This document shows positions 1-8,549 of a DNA stretch of 64,000 nucleotides, piece after piece (the first letter of the stretch is position 1; each line of letters starts with the position of its first letter). The position numbers and the translations under genes are program-made. The notes below the pieces were generated by a model. The model saw nothing but the letters and a program-made list of their open reading frames with translations, was not told where the DNA came from and ran no database searches. This DNA is from Candidatus Cryosericum sp. (GTDB lineage: Bacteria > Caldisericota > Caldisericia > Cryosericales > Cryosericaceae), in assembly GCA_035403525.1 (NCBI GenBank), contig DAONFE010000004.1:5698-69697 (forward strand), written 5' to 3'.

Positions 1-1013
1 AGCATGGCATCGCCAAAACTAAAAAAGCGATACCGCTCGCGAATTGCCAGATCATACGCATGCCACATGAGATCCATCCCCATAAAGGCGCCAACAAGCA
101 TGAGGAGAGTAGACTTTGGCAGGTGAAAGTTCGTGACCAGGTGATCAAAGCCGTGAAACACATGAGGTGGATAGATGAAGATGCCCGTGTCGCCGCTGTC
201 GGCACGTATGAGGCCACCTTGGTCGACGCACGACTCTAGCGTCCGGACCACCGTTGTGCCTATCGCCATTACTGCGCTGCCACGGGCGTGGGCAGCGTTG
301 ATGGCCTCCGCCGTGTCCGCGGGAAGTGTGAACCGCTCGGTGTGCATGTGATGGTCTTCAATCCGATCCACGCGCACAGGCTGGAAGGTTCCCAGTCCTA
401 CATCGAGGGTCACGTGTCTGACATCGACTCCAAGTGAAACAATCTCAGCAAGCAACTCAGGCGTGAAGTGCAGCCCCGCAGTCGGGGCGGCCACGGAACC
501 AGGCACCTCGGCATACACGGTCTGATATGATCCAGGGTCGGCAGGAAACTGCTTGATGTACGGGGGAATCTGCACCCGCGCAATGCTGGCAAACTCGGGG
601 CTCGCATACGGGTCGCTCGAGAATTCCAGCAGCGCATCGCCGTCCTCGTTGCGTTCCAGAAGTCGCAGCTTCAGGTCGGCGGCGACCGTGCACGTCTCCC
701 CCGGATGAAGCCGCTTGAGGGGTTTCACCAGCGCCTCGAACACCGTGGGCGACCGCCTTCCAGTCAGCAGAACGCTGATTTTCCCCCCGGTGGCGTCCTT
801 TCGGCAGTTGAAACTCGCCTCATTGACGCGCGTGTCGTTGATAACCATGACATCCGAAGCACGCAGATAGCCCGGCAGGTCTCGGAACAGCTTGTGCTCG
901 ATCCGGCCCGTTGCTCTGTCCACCACCATAAGACGCGCAAGATCACGCTGCTCAAGCGGCGTCTGTGCGATGAGCTCCTTTGGCAGCTCGTAATCAAAGT
1001 CCTCAATATTCAT
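1..1013 (-). CDS. queA: S-adenosylmethionine:tRNA ribosyltransferase-isomerase (3' end runs off the left edge)
   Basis: Not in the ORF track; manual translation gives MNIEDFDYELPKELIAQTP...VINDTRV...QTVYA...GSVAAPTAGLHFT...AIGTTVVRTLES...LVTNFHLPKSTLLMLV...RYRFFSFGDAML, all QueA signatures. Confidence 0.96.
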   Translation of the reverse strand, partial: MNIEDFDYELPKELIAQTPLEQRDLARLMVVDRATGRIEHKLFRDLPGYLRASDVMVINDTRVNEASFNCRKDATGGKISVLLTGRRSPTVFEALVKPLKRLHPGETCTVAADLKLRLLERNEDGDALLEFSSDPYASPEFASIARVQIPPYIKQFPADPGSYQTVYAEVPGSVAAPTAGLHFTPELLAEIVSLGVDVRHVTLDVGLGTFQPVRVDRIEDHHMHTERFTLPADTAEAINAAHARGSAVMAIGTTVVRTLESCVDQGGLIRADSGDTGIFIYPPHVFHGFDHLVTNFHLPKSTLLMLVGAFMGMDLMWHAYDLAIRERYRFFSFGDAM

Positions 1014-1086
1014 GACCAGGTCAACTCCCATATGATCGAATAAAGCGCGGGCGGAAGGACAGTCTGCGCTCAGTGCACCAGTGTGC

Positions 1087-1114
1087 AGTATAGGAAGGGA
1101 CAACCTCTTGCCAA
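1087..1114 (-). promoter_or_regulatory. Putative sigma70/SigA promoter for queA
   Basis: TTGGCA (1114-1109), 16 bp, TATACT (1092-1087) in the hflX-queA gap. Confidence 0.6.
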
Positions 1115-1116
1115 GA

Positions 1117-1144
1117 ATCTGCCCCTGCCAGGAAGCAGGCAGAT
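1117..1144 (-). terminator. Hairpin downstream of hflX, possible terminator
   Basis: ATCTGCC...GGCAGAT inverted repeat followed by TCTT on the minus strand; weak U tract. Confidence 0.4.
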
Positions 1145-1165
1145 CTTTGCATGAGCCTCGGTGTG

Positions 1166-2413
1166 TCAGCCTCTCCGCAGGAACTTGGGTGGCAACTGTG
1201 CCCCCGGCCCTGAGGCTGCCGCTTCGATGATCCAGCTGTGAGGCCCGGTTCGCTCAGACAGCACGACGGCCGAGGAATACACCTCCGCCCGTGCCTCGGG
1301 GTACGCGAAGGGAATGACGTATTTTCCGTGGCGCACCTGATGCAGCAGGGTGTCCGCGATGGCGTCCCGGAGCTGCTGCAGTCCCTCGCCCGTGACGGCA
1401 GAAACAGGAAACCCCGTCTCCATGCTCAGAAGCTCTCCACGCCGGGAGCTAGGCAGCGTGTCCATCTTGTTGAACACGATCACCTCAGGGATGTCAGAAC
1501 AGCCGATAGAGGCGAGCACGTCCTCGACGACAGCGATGCGTTCACGCAGGTCACGCACTCCAGCGTCGACAACGTGCAGTAACAAGTCTGCGCTGCGCGT
1601 CTCCTCGAGTGTTGACCGGAAGGAGTCCATCAGAGACGCGGGCAGGTTGCGGATGAACCCTACCGTATCTATAAGAACCGCGGACTGCCGGCCAAGGCGC
1701 ACCGGACGTACAGCTGTGTCCAGGGTAGCGAACGGGCGGTCCTCCGCAGCCAGGTGTGCATTTGCCAGGACATTGATCAATGTGCTCTTGCCGGCATTCG
1801 TGTACCCGACGACTGCTATCTTGGGCACCGCGGCCAGCTGCCTGGCACGAGCCTTGACCGCGTACCGTGTATCGATTTTCCCCACCTGTTCCTTAAGTTC
1901 GTGAATCTCGGAGCGTCTGGCTCTGCGACGTTCCTGAAACAACGTCTCACCGGGGCCGCGCATGCCAATATAGCCGGCCTGCTGGTCGTATCCCGCATTC
2001 ATGGCGCGCAGCTGCGTAAGCTCGAACATGCGTTCTGCAATCTGTACGCGCTTGCGCGCCTCAGCCGTCTGAGCCTGAGCAGCAAATGTTTCAAGAATCA
2101 GCCGGGTACGGTCCATCACCGGCACGCCGAGCGCATCGGCGAGGTACCGGTATTGAAGTGCAGTCAGGTCTGTGTCAAACAGCACCATGTCAGCCCGAAG
2201 AGCGGAGAGCAGGTCACGCAGGTCCTGAATCTGGCCCTTGCCAAGGAGGAAGCGCTGAACCGCATGCTCAGCGAAGGCGCGTGTCTCCAGCACTTCCAGA
2301 CCAATCCCCTCCGCCAGCTGGCGTGTCTCCTGCACCTCGTCCGGGTCGACATGTTCTCCGGACTGGCGCACACTGACGATGACCGTGCTTCGCAGGGCTC
2401 CGGCTGTTGTCAT
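1166..2413 (-). CDS. hflX: Ribosome-splitting GTPase HflX
   Basis: GPGET motif, G1 VVGYTNAGKST, FATLD, DTVGFI, NKMD; start taken at MTTAG, which overlaps the PHP stop (ATGA). Confidence 0.95.
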   Translation of the reverse strand: MTTAGALRSTVIVSVRQSGEHVDPDEVQETRQLAEGIGLEVLETRAFAEHAVQRFLLGKGQIQDLRDLLSALRADMVLFDTDLTALQYRYLADALGVPVMDRTRLILETFAAQAQTAEARKRVQIAERMFELTQLRAMNAGYDQQAGYIGMRGPGETLFQERRRARRSEIHELKEQVGKIDTRYAVKARARQLAAVPKIAVVGYTNAGKSTLINVLANAHLAAEDRPFATLDTAVRPVRLGRQSAVLIDTVGFIRNLPASLMDSFRSTLEETRSADLLLHVVDAGVRDLRERIAVVEDVLASIGCSDIPEVIVFNKMDTLPSSRRGELLSMETGFPVSAVTGEGLQQLRDAIADTLLHQVRHGKYVIPFAYPEARAEVYSSAVVLSERTGPHSWIIEAAASGPGAQLPPKFLRRG

Positions 2414-3156
2414 GCAGTCTTCAGGATGTACTTCCTGACCAGGTCCTCTGAGTAGTTGATCGTTGCCAACGGGTCGACTCCGTGGTCCGCCAGAAGACGC
2501 TCGCACTCGCTCACGTTGCCAACTGTGTAGGAGATATGCGCGTCCGAGCTCATGAGCAGGGGCATGTTATACTTGGAAAGAAGTGCCAGCACGCGTTCAT
2601 AATGCGCCACGTTCTCGGGCTTCCACGTGTGCAGCGCTGACTGATTCAACTCAACCAGGACCCCTTTGGCAGCCGCCGCCGCGATGCACTCCTCAAGATC
2701 AACAGGATACGGGAACCGAGGATCCCCAATATGGGTAATAACATCTATCCGGTTCTTCTCAAGGGCGCTCACGAGTGCCCTTGTATTCTCGGCCACCGAA
2801 GAGCCACCATATCCCGTAGCGTTGTGAAAGCCGGCCAGTACAATATCAAGCTCGCTGAGCAGCTTGCTGGGCATGTCGAGGTCGCCCCACGAGTTTATGA
2901 TGTTCGCTTCGACGCCCACCAGCACGTGGATGCCTGGAAGTTCGCGCAGACTGTCCTGCCTCTTGAGGTTCTTGAAATAGTCCAGTTTGGGTCCGTCCTG
3001 CCTCGCAGGCCCGTGGTCCGTGATGGCAACGTATCGCAGCCCTCTGCTCTGGGCGGCGGTGACGACTTCCTGAAGCGTCGAAAACGCGTGGCCGGAGGCA
3101 ATTGTATGGATGTGGAAGTCTCCCAGCAGACGGCTGTCAGTCACTGCTGTACTCAT
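2410..3156 (-). CDS. PHP-domain phosphoesterase (YcdX-like)
   Basis: DFHIHTIASGHAFST, AITDHGP, SSDAH metal-binding motifs. Confidence 0.88.
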   Translation of the reverse strand: MSTAVTDSRLLGDFHIHTIASGHAFSTLQEVVTAAQSRGLRYVAITDHGPARQDGPKLDYFKNLKRQDSLRELPGIHVLVGVEANIINSWGDLDMPSKLLSELDIVLAGFHNATGYGGSSVAENTRALVSALEKNRIDVITHIGDPRFPYPVDLEECIAAAAAKGVLVELNQSALHTWKPENVAHYERVLALLSKYNMPLLMSSDAHISYTVGNVSECERLLADHGVDPLATINYSEDLVRKYILKTA

Positions 3157-3505
3157 GGCGCTTGCTGCTCCCGCCGAGAATCGAAGATATCACCATACTG
3201 CCGGCAGATACAAGGAACCACCCCAACAACGCAGCCCAGAAGCCACTGATATTGAACCCCGACACGAAGAACGAGGTCAGCGCCATGACCGCGGCGTCAA
3301 TAACAAGAGTAAACACTCCAAGCGTCAGGACGCTGACCGGAAGGCTCACCAGAAGCAAGACCGGCCGGATGAGGGAGTTGATGACTCCAAAGATGAGGGC
3401 CGCCCAGAGTGCTGGCCAGAACCCTGTGACCACAAATCCCGGAAGGAATGAGCTGACGATAAGAAAGACACATGCATTGAGAAGCAATCGCACAATGAAC
3501 TTCAT
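3137..3505 (-). CDS. YvlD/'phage holin family' 4-TM membrane protein
   Basis: Hydrophobic 122 aa protein with ALIFGVINSLIRPVLLLVSLP..LTLGVFTLVI pattern; SD GGGAGG. Confidence 0.82.
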   Translation of the reverse strand: MKFIVRLLLNACVFLIVSSFLPGFVVTGFWPALWAALIFGVINSLIRPVLLLVSLPVSVLTLGVFTLVIDAAVMALTSFFVSGFNISGFWAALLGWFLVSAGSMVISSILGGSSKRHEYSSD

Positions 3506-3586
3506 GGTTCCTCCCTTCGATTACAACTTGCGTTCGCGCTACGCACACAAGTTGCCAGCGAATGATCCTGCGATCGTCCCCGACAA

Positions 3587-5236
3587 CTATCGGTGCTTCA
3601 GCGGATGCTGATGCCGCTTATGAAACTCCTTCTTGCCGAAACGGTGTGCTTCATCCCGGACAGCCATCAGCAGCAGCAGCGCACCGGACTCGTGAGATAG
3701 TCTAACCGGTTCAGGCGTTCCTTCACGATAAAGGAGCTCCTCCTTCTTCGCAATACCGACAACGGGCACGTGCACACCCGCTGCGTCCCTTTCCCTGCAG
3801 ACCGCATCGAGTTGTGACTTGCCGCCATCAATGAGAAGCAGGTCGCCCGCCTCCCCGAAGGTAACATCATCCCAGCGCGCGAAACGTCTCCGAAGCGCTT
3901 CCGCGAGCATTGCAGGGTCGTTCGGGGTCGACAGGGAGCGTATGTTGAACAGCCTGTACTGGCCCTTCGCAGGCTTGCCAGCTACAAACACCACCATGGA
4001 TACTGTGGCATCCTTGCCCGAGATGTTGGATACGTCGTATCCCTCGATGCGCATGGGAATCCGAGGAAGGTCGAGTACCACTTTCAGAACGTCCAGCTGG
4101 GCAGGAATGTCAGTCGCGCGCGTCGACGCAATCATCTTTTGTTCGGCATTGTCGCGGGCAAACCGGAGCAGCCTTCCTGTCTCTGGCGACCTGGGCGAGG
4201 CCAGTGTGACGCCAGGACCGAGCGCGGACTTCAGGCGGTCACGCACAAGTGCCGCCTCAGCTCCGGTCGCATCCACTGCTACGCGCTTCGGGGTCTCGAC
4301 ATGGAACCGCTCGTAGAAATCGATGATGATGTCGGCAATCAGCATGCCATCCAGCAGCGTCCTGCCCTTGAGATCGTAGATGAAGTCGGTCGAAGCTATG
4401 AGCCTGCCCTCTCGAACTGCCTGTCGTACAACGGCCACAAGGTTGCCCTGCTGGTGGAAAGCGAACACATCCATATCCTTAACGCCGGGAGCGAACACGG
4501 CGTAGCGCTCAAAGAGCCCCTTGAGAGCAAGATACGAGTCCCGATAGCGCACGGCGCGCTCGTACTGCTGGGACTGTGACGCCTGATTCATAGCGTTCTC
4601 GAGTTGCCGCAGCAGGGTTCGCATTCTTCCGTTCAGGAAGCTCGACAGGTTCACAACGATACGGTTGTACTCTTCCTGCGTGCACTTGTTGGCACACGGC
4701 GCAACGCACAGCCCCAGGTCATAGTACAGGCATGGCTTGGTCGGCTTTGCCGGGTTGATCTTCCTGTGGCAGGTTCGCACCGGGAAGGCATGCCGGAGAC
4801 TATCGAGTCCGATGTTAAGGAGTCCGGACCTCGGGTAGGGCCCGAAGTAGTGGTTACGGGGGGTTGTCACGCGCCTGGTCTTGCGAAGAATGGGAAAGGC
4901 CTCGCCTGTCAGTTCTATCAATGGGTACGACTTGCCGTCGACAAGCTGAATGTTGTAGTGAGGTTTATAACGCTTGATGAAATTGGATTCGAGAACCAGG
5001 GCCTGGTCCTCGTGGCCCGCAGTGATAAAGCTGAAGAATGCCGCGTTCGAGACCATGGCGCGGGTCTTGGGGTTCAGGTCGTTTCTGAAGTACGATTCCA
5101 CCCGCCTCCGCAGGTTCTTCGCCTTACCGACGTAAATGATGTCGTCTGTCGAGTTCCGTATGACGTAAACTCCCGGCTCAGCCGGGAGTTTAGCCAGCGA
5201 TTCCTTCTGGAATGGTAGTTTGTATGCACTATCCAA
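3587..5236 (-). CDS. uvrC: Excinuclease ABC subunit C (no C-terminal HhH domain; start uncertain)
   Basis: LPAEPGVY...IIYVGKAKNLRRRV GIY-YIG domain, Cys cluster, UVR coil (QQYERAVRYRD), RIEGYDVSN, LLLIDGGKSQL, RDEAHRF; TTG start placed just after the rny stop. Confidence 0.92.
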   Translation of the reverse strand: MDSAYKLPFQKESLAKLPAEPGVYVIRNSTDDIIYVGKAKNLRRRVESYFRNDLNPKTRAMVSNAAFFSFITAGHEDQALVLESNFIKRYKPHYNIQLVDGKSYPLIELTGEAFPILRKTRRVTTPRNHYFGPYPRSGLLNIGLDSLRHAFPVRTCHRKINPAKPTKPCLYYDLGLCVAPCANKCTQEEYNRIVVNLSSFLNGRMRTLLRQLENAMNQASQSQQYERAVRYRDSYLALKGLFERYAVFAPGVKDMDVFAFHQQGNLVAVVRQAVREGRLIASTDFIYDLKGRTLLDGMLIADIIIDFYERFHVETPKRVAVDATGAEAALVRDRLKSALGPGVTLASPRSPETGRLLRFARDNAEQKMIASTRATDIPAQLDVLKVVLDLPRIPMRIEGYDVSNISGKDATVSMVVFVAGKPAKGQYRLFNIRSLSTPNDPAMLAEALRRRFARWDDVTFGEAGDLLLIDGGKSQLDAVCRERDAAGVHVPVVGIAKKEELLYREGTPEPVRLSHESGALLLLMAVRDEAHRFGKKEFHKRHQHPLKHR

Positions 5237-5249
5237 GCCGTCAAACGGG

Positions 5250-6800
5250 TTACTTGGCGTAATCAGAGTACCTCGTTTCGCGCACCACCGTGACCTTGAT
5301 CTGACCAGGATAGGAAACCTCAAGTTCAATCTTGCGAGCCACATCCATTGCGATCTTCGCGGCCAGTGCTTCGTCGACCTCTTCAGGTTCGACCAGGATA
5401 CGAAGTTCCCGCCCTGCTTGAATCGCGTAGGACTTCTTGATACCGGGAATGGAATTTGCAATGGACTCGAGCTTCTCAAGCCGCTTGATGTAGCTCTCGA
5501 CGCTCTCCCTTCGAGCTCCCGGCCTTGATGCAGACAAGGCGTCTGCGACATGAACAATCACGTCCAGCACGCTTTCCATTGGAACATCGGCATGATGCGC
5601 GGCTACCGCGTGAACGATGTCCGCTGCCTCACCAGACTTGTTCAGGATGTCAGCACCAATCAGCGCGTGTGGGCCCTCCACCTCGTAGTCTACGGCCTTG
5701 CCGATGTCATGAACAAAACCCGCCCGCTTCGCCGCCGCTGCGGGCAGCTTCAGTTCAGATGCAATATTGGCGGCGATGAAGGCCGTCTCGACAGAATGCG
5801 CGAGGACATTCTGCCCATAGCTCGTACGATACTTCAGCCGTCCGATAAGGCGCGTGATGTCATCTGACAATCCCGCAATCCCGACACGCGCGGCGGCCTG
5901 CTGTCCCTCCCCGAATACCCGCTCGTCCATCTGACGTTCCGCTTCCTCAACAAACTGCTCGATGTGAGCTGGATGGATGCGCCCATCGGCAACAAGGCGT
6001 TCCAGGGCGATACGTGCAACTTCACGGCGAATCGGGTTGAAGGCTGACAGCGTTACAGCCTCAGGCGTGTCATCTATCAGCAGGTCCACTCCAGTAAGAG
6101 TCTCAAATGCGCGGATGTTCCTGCCTTCCCGACCGATGATGCGCCCCTTCCATTCTTCTGACGGCAACGGGACAACGCTGATCGTGGATTCGCCGACATA
6201 GTCCGTCGCAATGCGCTGGATGGATGAGGCAATGACCTCCGCTGCCTTGGCGTCGGCCTGCAGTTCGGCTTCGTGAACCACGTCCCCAACCATCTTGGCG
6301 ACGCGAGAACGAGTATCTTTCTCAGCGCGGTCCAGTACAACAGCCCTCGCCTCATCGGGCGTCATCTGGGCTATCCTCTGGAGCTCCGCTTCAGCGGCAA
6401 GTTTCTGTCGTTCTATTTCCTGGGCGCTGTCACGGAGTTTTTCCTGCGCTGTGTCCAGTTCCTTGCTCTTCTGCTCTACCTGTTCGGTGCGATGGTCGAG
6501 AAACGCCTCTTTCTGAACAAGCCGATGCTCTGTTTTTTCCAGTTCGCCCTGTCTGGCGAGGTATCTGTTTTCGAGAGCGTTCTTCTTCTCTTCCAGCTCT
6601 TCCTGAAGCTTGAGTCTATTCTTGGCATTCTCAGCCTCGATGTTGGAGCGTGCTTCCTCCTCCATCTTTCGGACAAGTTCCCGTGCTGACTCCACACGGT
6701 TTCTTGCGATGTATCCTTCGATAACGAGTCCGATGACAATGCCAAGAATCAGCATCCCCGCATATATCGCGGAGGAGATGATTCCGTTTGGTCCAGGCAT
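5250..6800 (-). CDS. rny: Ribonuclease Y
   Basis: N-terminal TM, coiled coil, KH domain (KGRIIGREGRNIRAFE), HD motif (HDIGKA), RPGARRES. Confidence 0.96.
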   Translation of the reverse strand: MPGPNGIISSAIYAGMLILGIVIGLVIEGYIARNRVESARELVRKMEEEARSNIEAENAKNRLKLQEELEEKKNALENRYLARQGELEKTEHRLVQKEAFLDHRTEQVEQKSKELDTAQEKLRDSAQEIERQKLAAEAELQRIAQMTPDEARAVVLDRAEKDTRSRVAKMVGDVVHEAELQADAKAAEVIASSIQRIATDYVGESTISVVPLPSEEWKGRIIGREGRNIRAFETLTGVDLLIDDTPEAVTLSAFNPIRREVARIALERLVADGRIHPAHIEQFVEEAERQMDERVFGEGQQAAARVGIAGLSDDITRLIGRLKYRTSYGQNVLAHSVETAFIAANIASELKLPAAAAKRAGFVHDIGKAVDYEVEGPHALIGADILNKSGEAADIVHAVAAHHADVPMESVLDVIVHVADALSASRPGARRESVESYIKRLEKLESIANSIPGIKKSYAIQAGRELRILVEPEEVDEALAAKIAMDVARKIELEVSYPGQIKVTVVRETRYSDYAK

Positions 6801-6823
6801 GTTTACTCCCTCAGTTCATATGA

Positions 6824-6849
6824 TTCCAGCAGGCACAGGCCTGCTGGAA
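6824..6849. repeat. Perfect 11-bp inverted repeat between recA and rny
   Basis: TTCCAGCAGGC-acag-GCCTGCTGGAA; no U tract on either strand. Confidence 0.6.
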
Positions 6850-6872
6850 GTAACTCACGGATATGCCAGTGG

Positions 6873-7937
6873 CTACTCCTGAGACGCAGGTCCGGCCTGG
6901 ACAGTGAGTTTGTCCCGGACCTTGCCCTTGATCTCATTCATAACGTCCTGGTGCTCCTTGAGATAAGTTGCAGCATTGTCCCTTCCCTGGGCAAGCCGCG
7001 TGCCTCCATAGGCATACCACGATCCACTCTTCTCAATGATGTCAAACTGGACGGCCAAGTCCACAACCTCGCCGAAGGTCTGAATGCCTTTGCCAAAAAT
7101 GATATCGAACTGCGCGACCCGGTACGGTGGAGCCATCTTGTTCTTGACAACCTTCACCTTGACCTTGTTGCCTATGACGTTGTCACCCTCGGTAATGCTC
7201 TCAACACGACGGACTTCCATACGGACGGACGAGTAAAACTTCAGCGCGCGTCCTCCGGGCGTCACCTCAGGATTCCCGTAGGTCACACCGATCTTCTCGC
7301 GCAGCTGATTGATAAAGATGGCACACGTCTGCGACTTGTTGAGAATTCCCGTCAGCTTGCGAAGCGCCTGTGACATGAGGCGAGCCTGCAGCCCTACAAA
7401 CTGGTCGCCCATCATGCCTTCAAGCTCGGCGCGGGGCACGAGCGACGCGACTGAATCCAGTGCAAACACGTCCAAACCCCCGGACTGGACAAGCATACTC
7501 GCGATCTCCAACGCCTGTTCGGCGTAATCCGGCTGAGAGATAATCAACTGGTCCACGTCCACTCCGATGTTACGGGCGTAGACCGGGTCGAGAGCATGCT
7601 CGGCGTCAATGAACGCCGCCCTTCCACCTGCTTTCTGTGCCTCGGCAATAGCTTGCAGGGCCAAGGTCGTCTTGCCTCCACCCTCTGGCCCATAGATCTC
7701 GACAATACGCCCGCGCGGCAGGCCGCCGATGCCCAGCGCGGCGTCCAGCGACAGACTTCCCGTCGAAATAGCACTGACAGACGCCCTGTCCGGCCGGTCT
7801 CCAAGCTTCATGACCGACCCCTTGCCAAATTGCTTCTCTATCTGCGACATGGCTGCCGCGAGAGCTTTGTCGCGTTCACTGTCTCTCTCGGCCGCCTCGT
7901 TCTTCTGTGCCTTGTCAATCAGTTTTCCGTTTTCCAT
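6873..7937 (-). CDS. recA: Recombinase A
   Basis: [47 protein letters not shown]. Confidence 0.99.
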   Translation of the reverse strand: MENGKLIDKAQKNEAAERDSERDKALAAAMSQIEKQFGKGSVMKLGDRPDRASVSAISTGSLSLDAALGIGGLPRGRIVEIYGPEGGGKTTLALQAIAEAQKAGGRAAFIDAEHALDPVYARNIGVDVDQLIISQPDYAEQALEIASMLVQSGGLDVFALDSVASLVPRAELEGMMGDQFVGLQARLMSQALRKLTGILNKSQTCAIFINQLREKIGVTYGNPEVTPGGRALKFYSSVRMEVRRVESITEGDNVIGNKVKVKVVKNKMAPPYRVAQFDIIFGKGIQTFGEVVDLAVQFDIIEKSGSWYAYGGTRLAQGRDNAATYLKEHQDVMNEIKGKVRDKLTVQAGPASQE

Positions 7938-7971
7938 GGAGCCTCCACGTATGGTGTAAGCCTTGTAGTTC

Positions 7972-7999
7972 AGTATACTTCAGTCTTTCCCTTCGGCAA
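7972..7999 (-). promoter_or_regulatory. Putative SigA promoter for recA, overlapping the thpR 3' end
   Basis: TTGCCG (7999-7994), 16 bp, TATACT (7977-7972). Confidence 0.55.
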
Positions 8000-8549
8000 A
8001 TGGAGCCAGTTCTACCGCCCCCTGTGGGACATAGGTCGGGGTGCCCGTTCCCAGTACGCTCTCATAGAGCACTACCTTGCTGACTGGAACCACCAGTGGT
8101 TGAACCGGGGGAAGGCGAAGCGGCAGGGGCAGTTCGGGTCCATGCCCGTTAAACCGGGCGATGGTCACATGGGGCACGAAGGGCTCGGGGCGTCTGTTGG
8201 ACCCAAGACCAGTCAGACCCGTGGTTACCGCGCTGGCAAGAGCCTCCGCCTCCGCGGGGGTGGAGGCAGGGCCGACCCATAGAACCGATGGATACCCTTG
8301 CCGGTAGAAAACCCCCAAACGGTCAAGTACCAGTGTCGTTGCTGTCTTTGCGGCGAGAGATGCCCGCAGGCGCTCCATGGCGGAAGGCACCTGGGCGGCC
8401 GGCAGATCACCAAGAAATCTCAGCGTAATGTGCGCGGACGCGGGCGGAACGACACGCAGGCCGTCGGCCAGGGCACCCAGTACAGGACGCTGCATGGCCA
8501 GCCAGCTGGCGAACGAGTCGGGAAGTGGAATAGCTACAAACGCTCTCAT
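7980..8549 (-). CDS. thpR: RNA 2',3'-cyclic phosphodiesterase (2H family)
   Basis: MRAFVAI start, two HxT motifs (HITLRFLG, PHVTIAR), usual position before recA. Confidence 0.92.
   Translation of the reverse strand: MRAFVAIPLPDSFASWLAMQRPVLGALADGLRVVPPASAHITLRFLGDLPAAQVPSAMERLRASLAAKTATTLVLDRLGVFYRQGYPSVLWVGPASTPAEAEALASAVTTGLTGLGSNRRPEPFVPHVTIARFNGHGPELPLPLRLPPVQPLVVPVSKVVLYESVLGTGTPTYVPQGAVELAPFAEGKD

Noticed and set aside
1085-1110. preQ1-I riboswitch-like AGAGGTT...CCCT upstream of queA
   Set aside because: Loop too short, no A-rich 3' tail, and the segment coincides with the promoter spacer, upstream of the predicted TSS
3137-3505. 'Holin' as evidence of a prophage
   Set aside because: YvlD-type proteins are common chromosomal genes; no endolysin, integrase or structural phage genes nearby
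5237-5557. Long UvrC N-terminal extension in the ORF track
   Set aside because: It lies inside rny on the same strand in another frame; GIY-YIG homology begins after the rny stop
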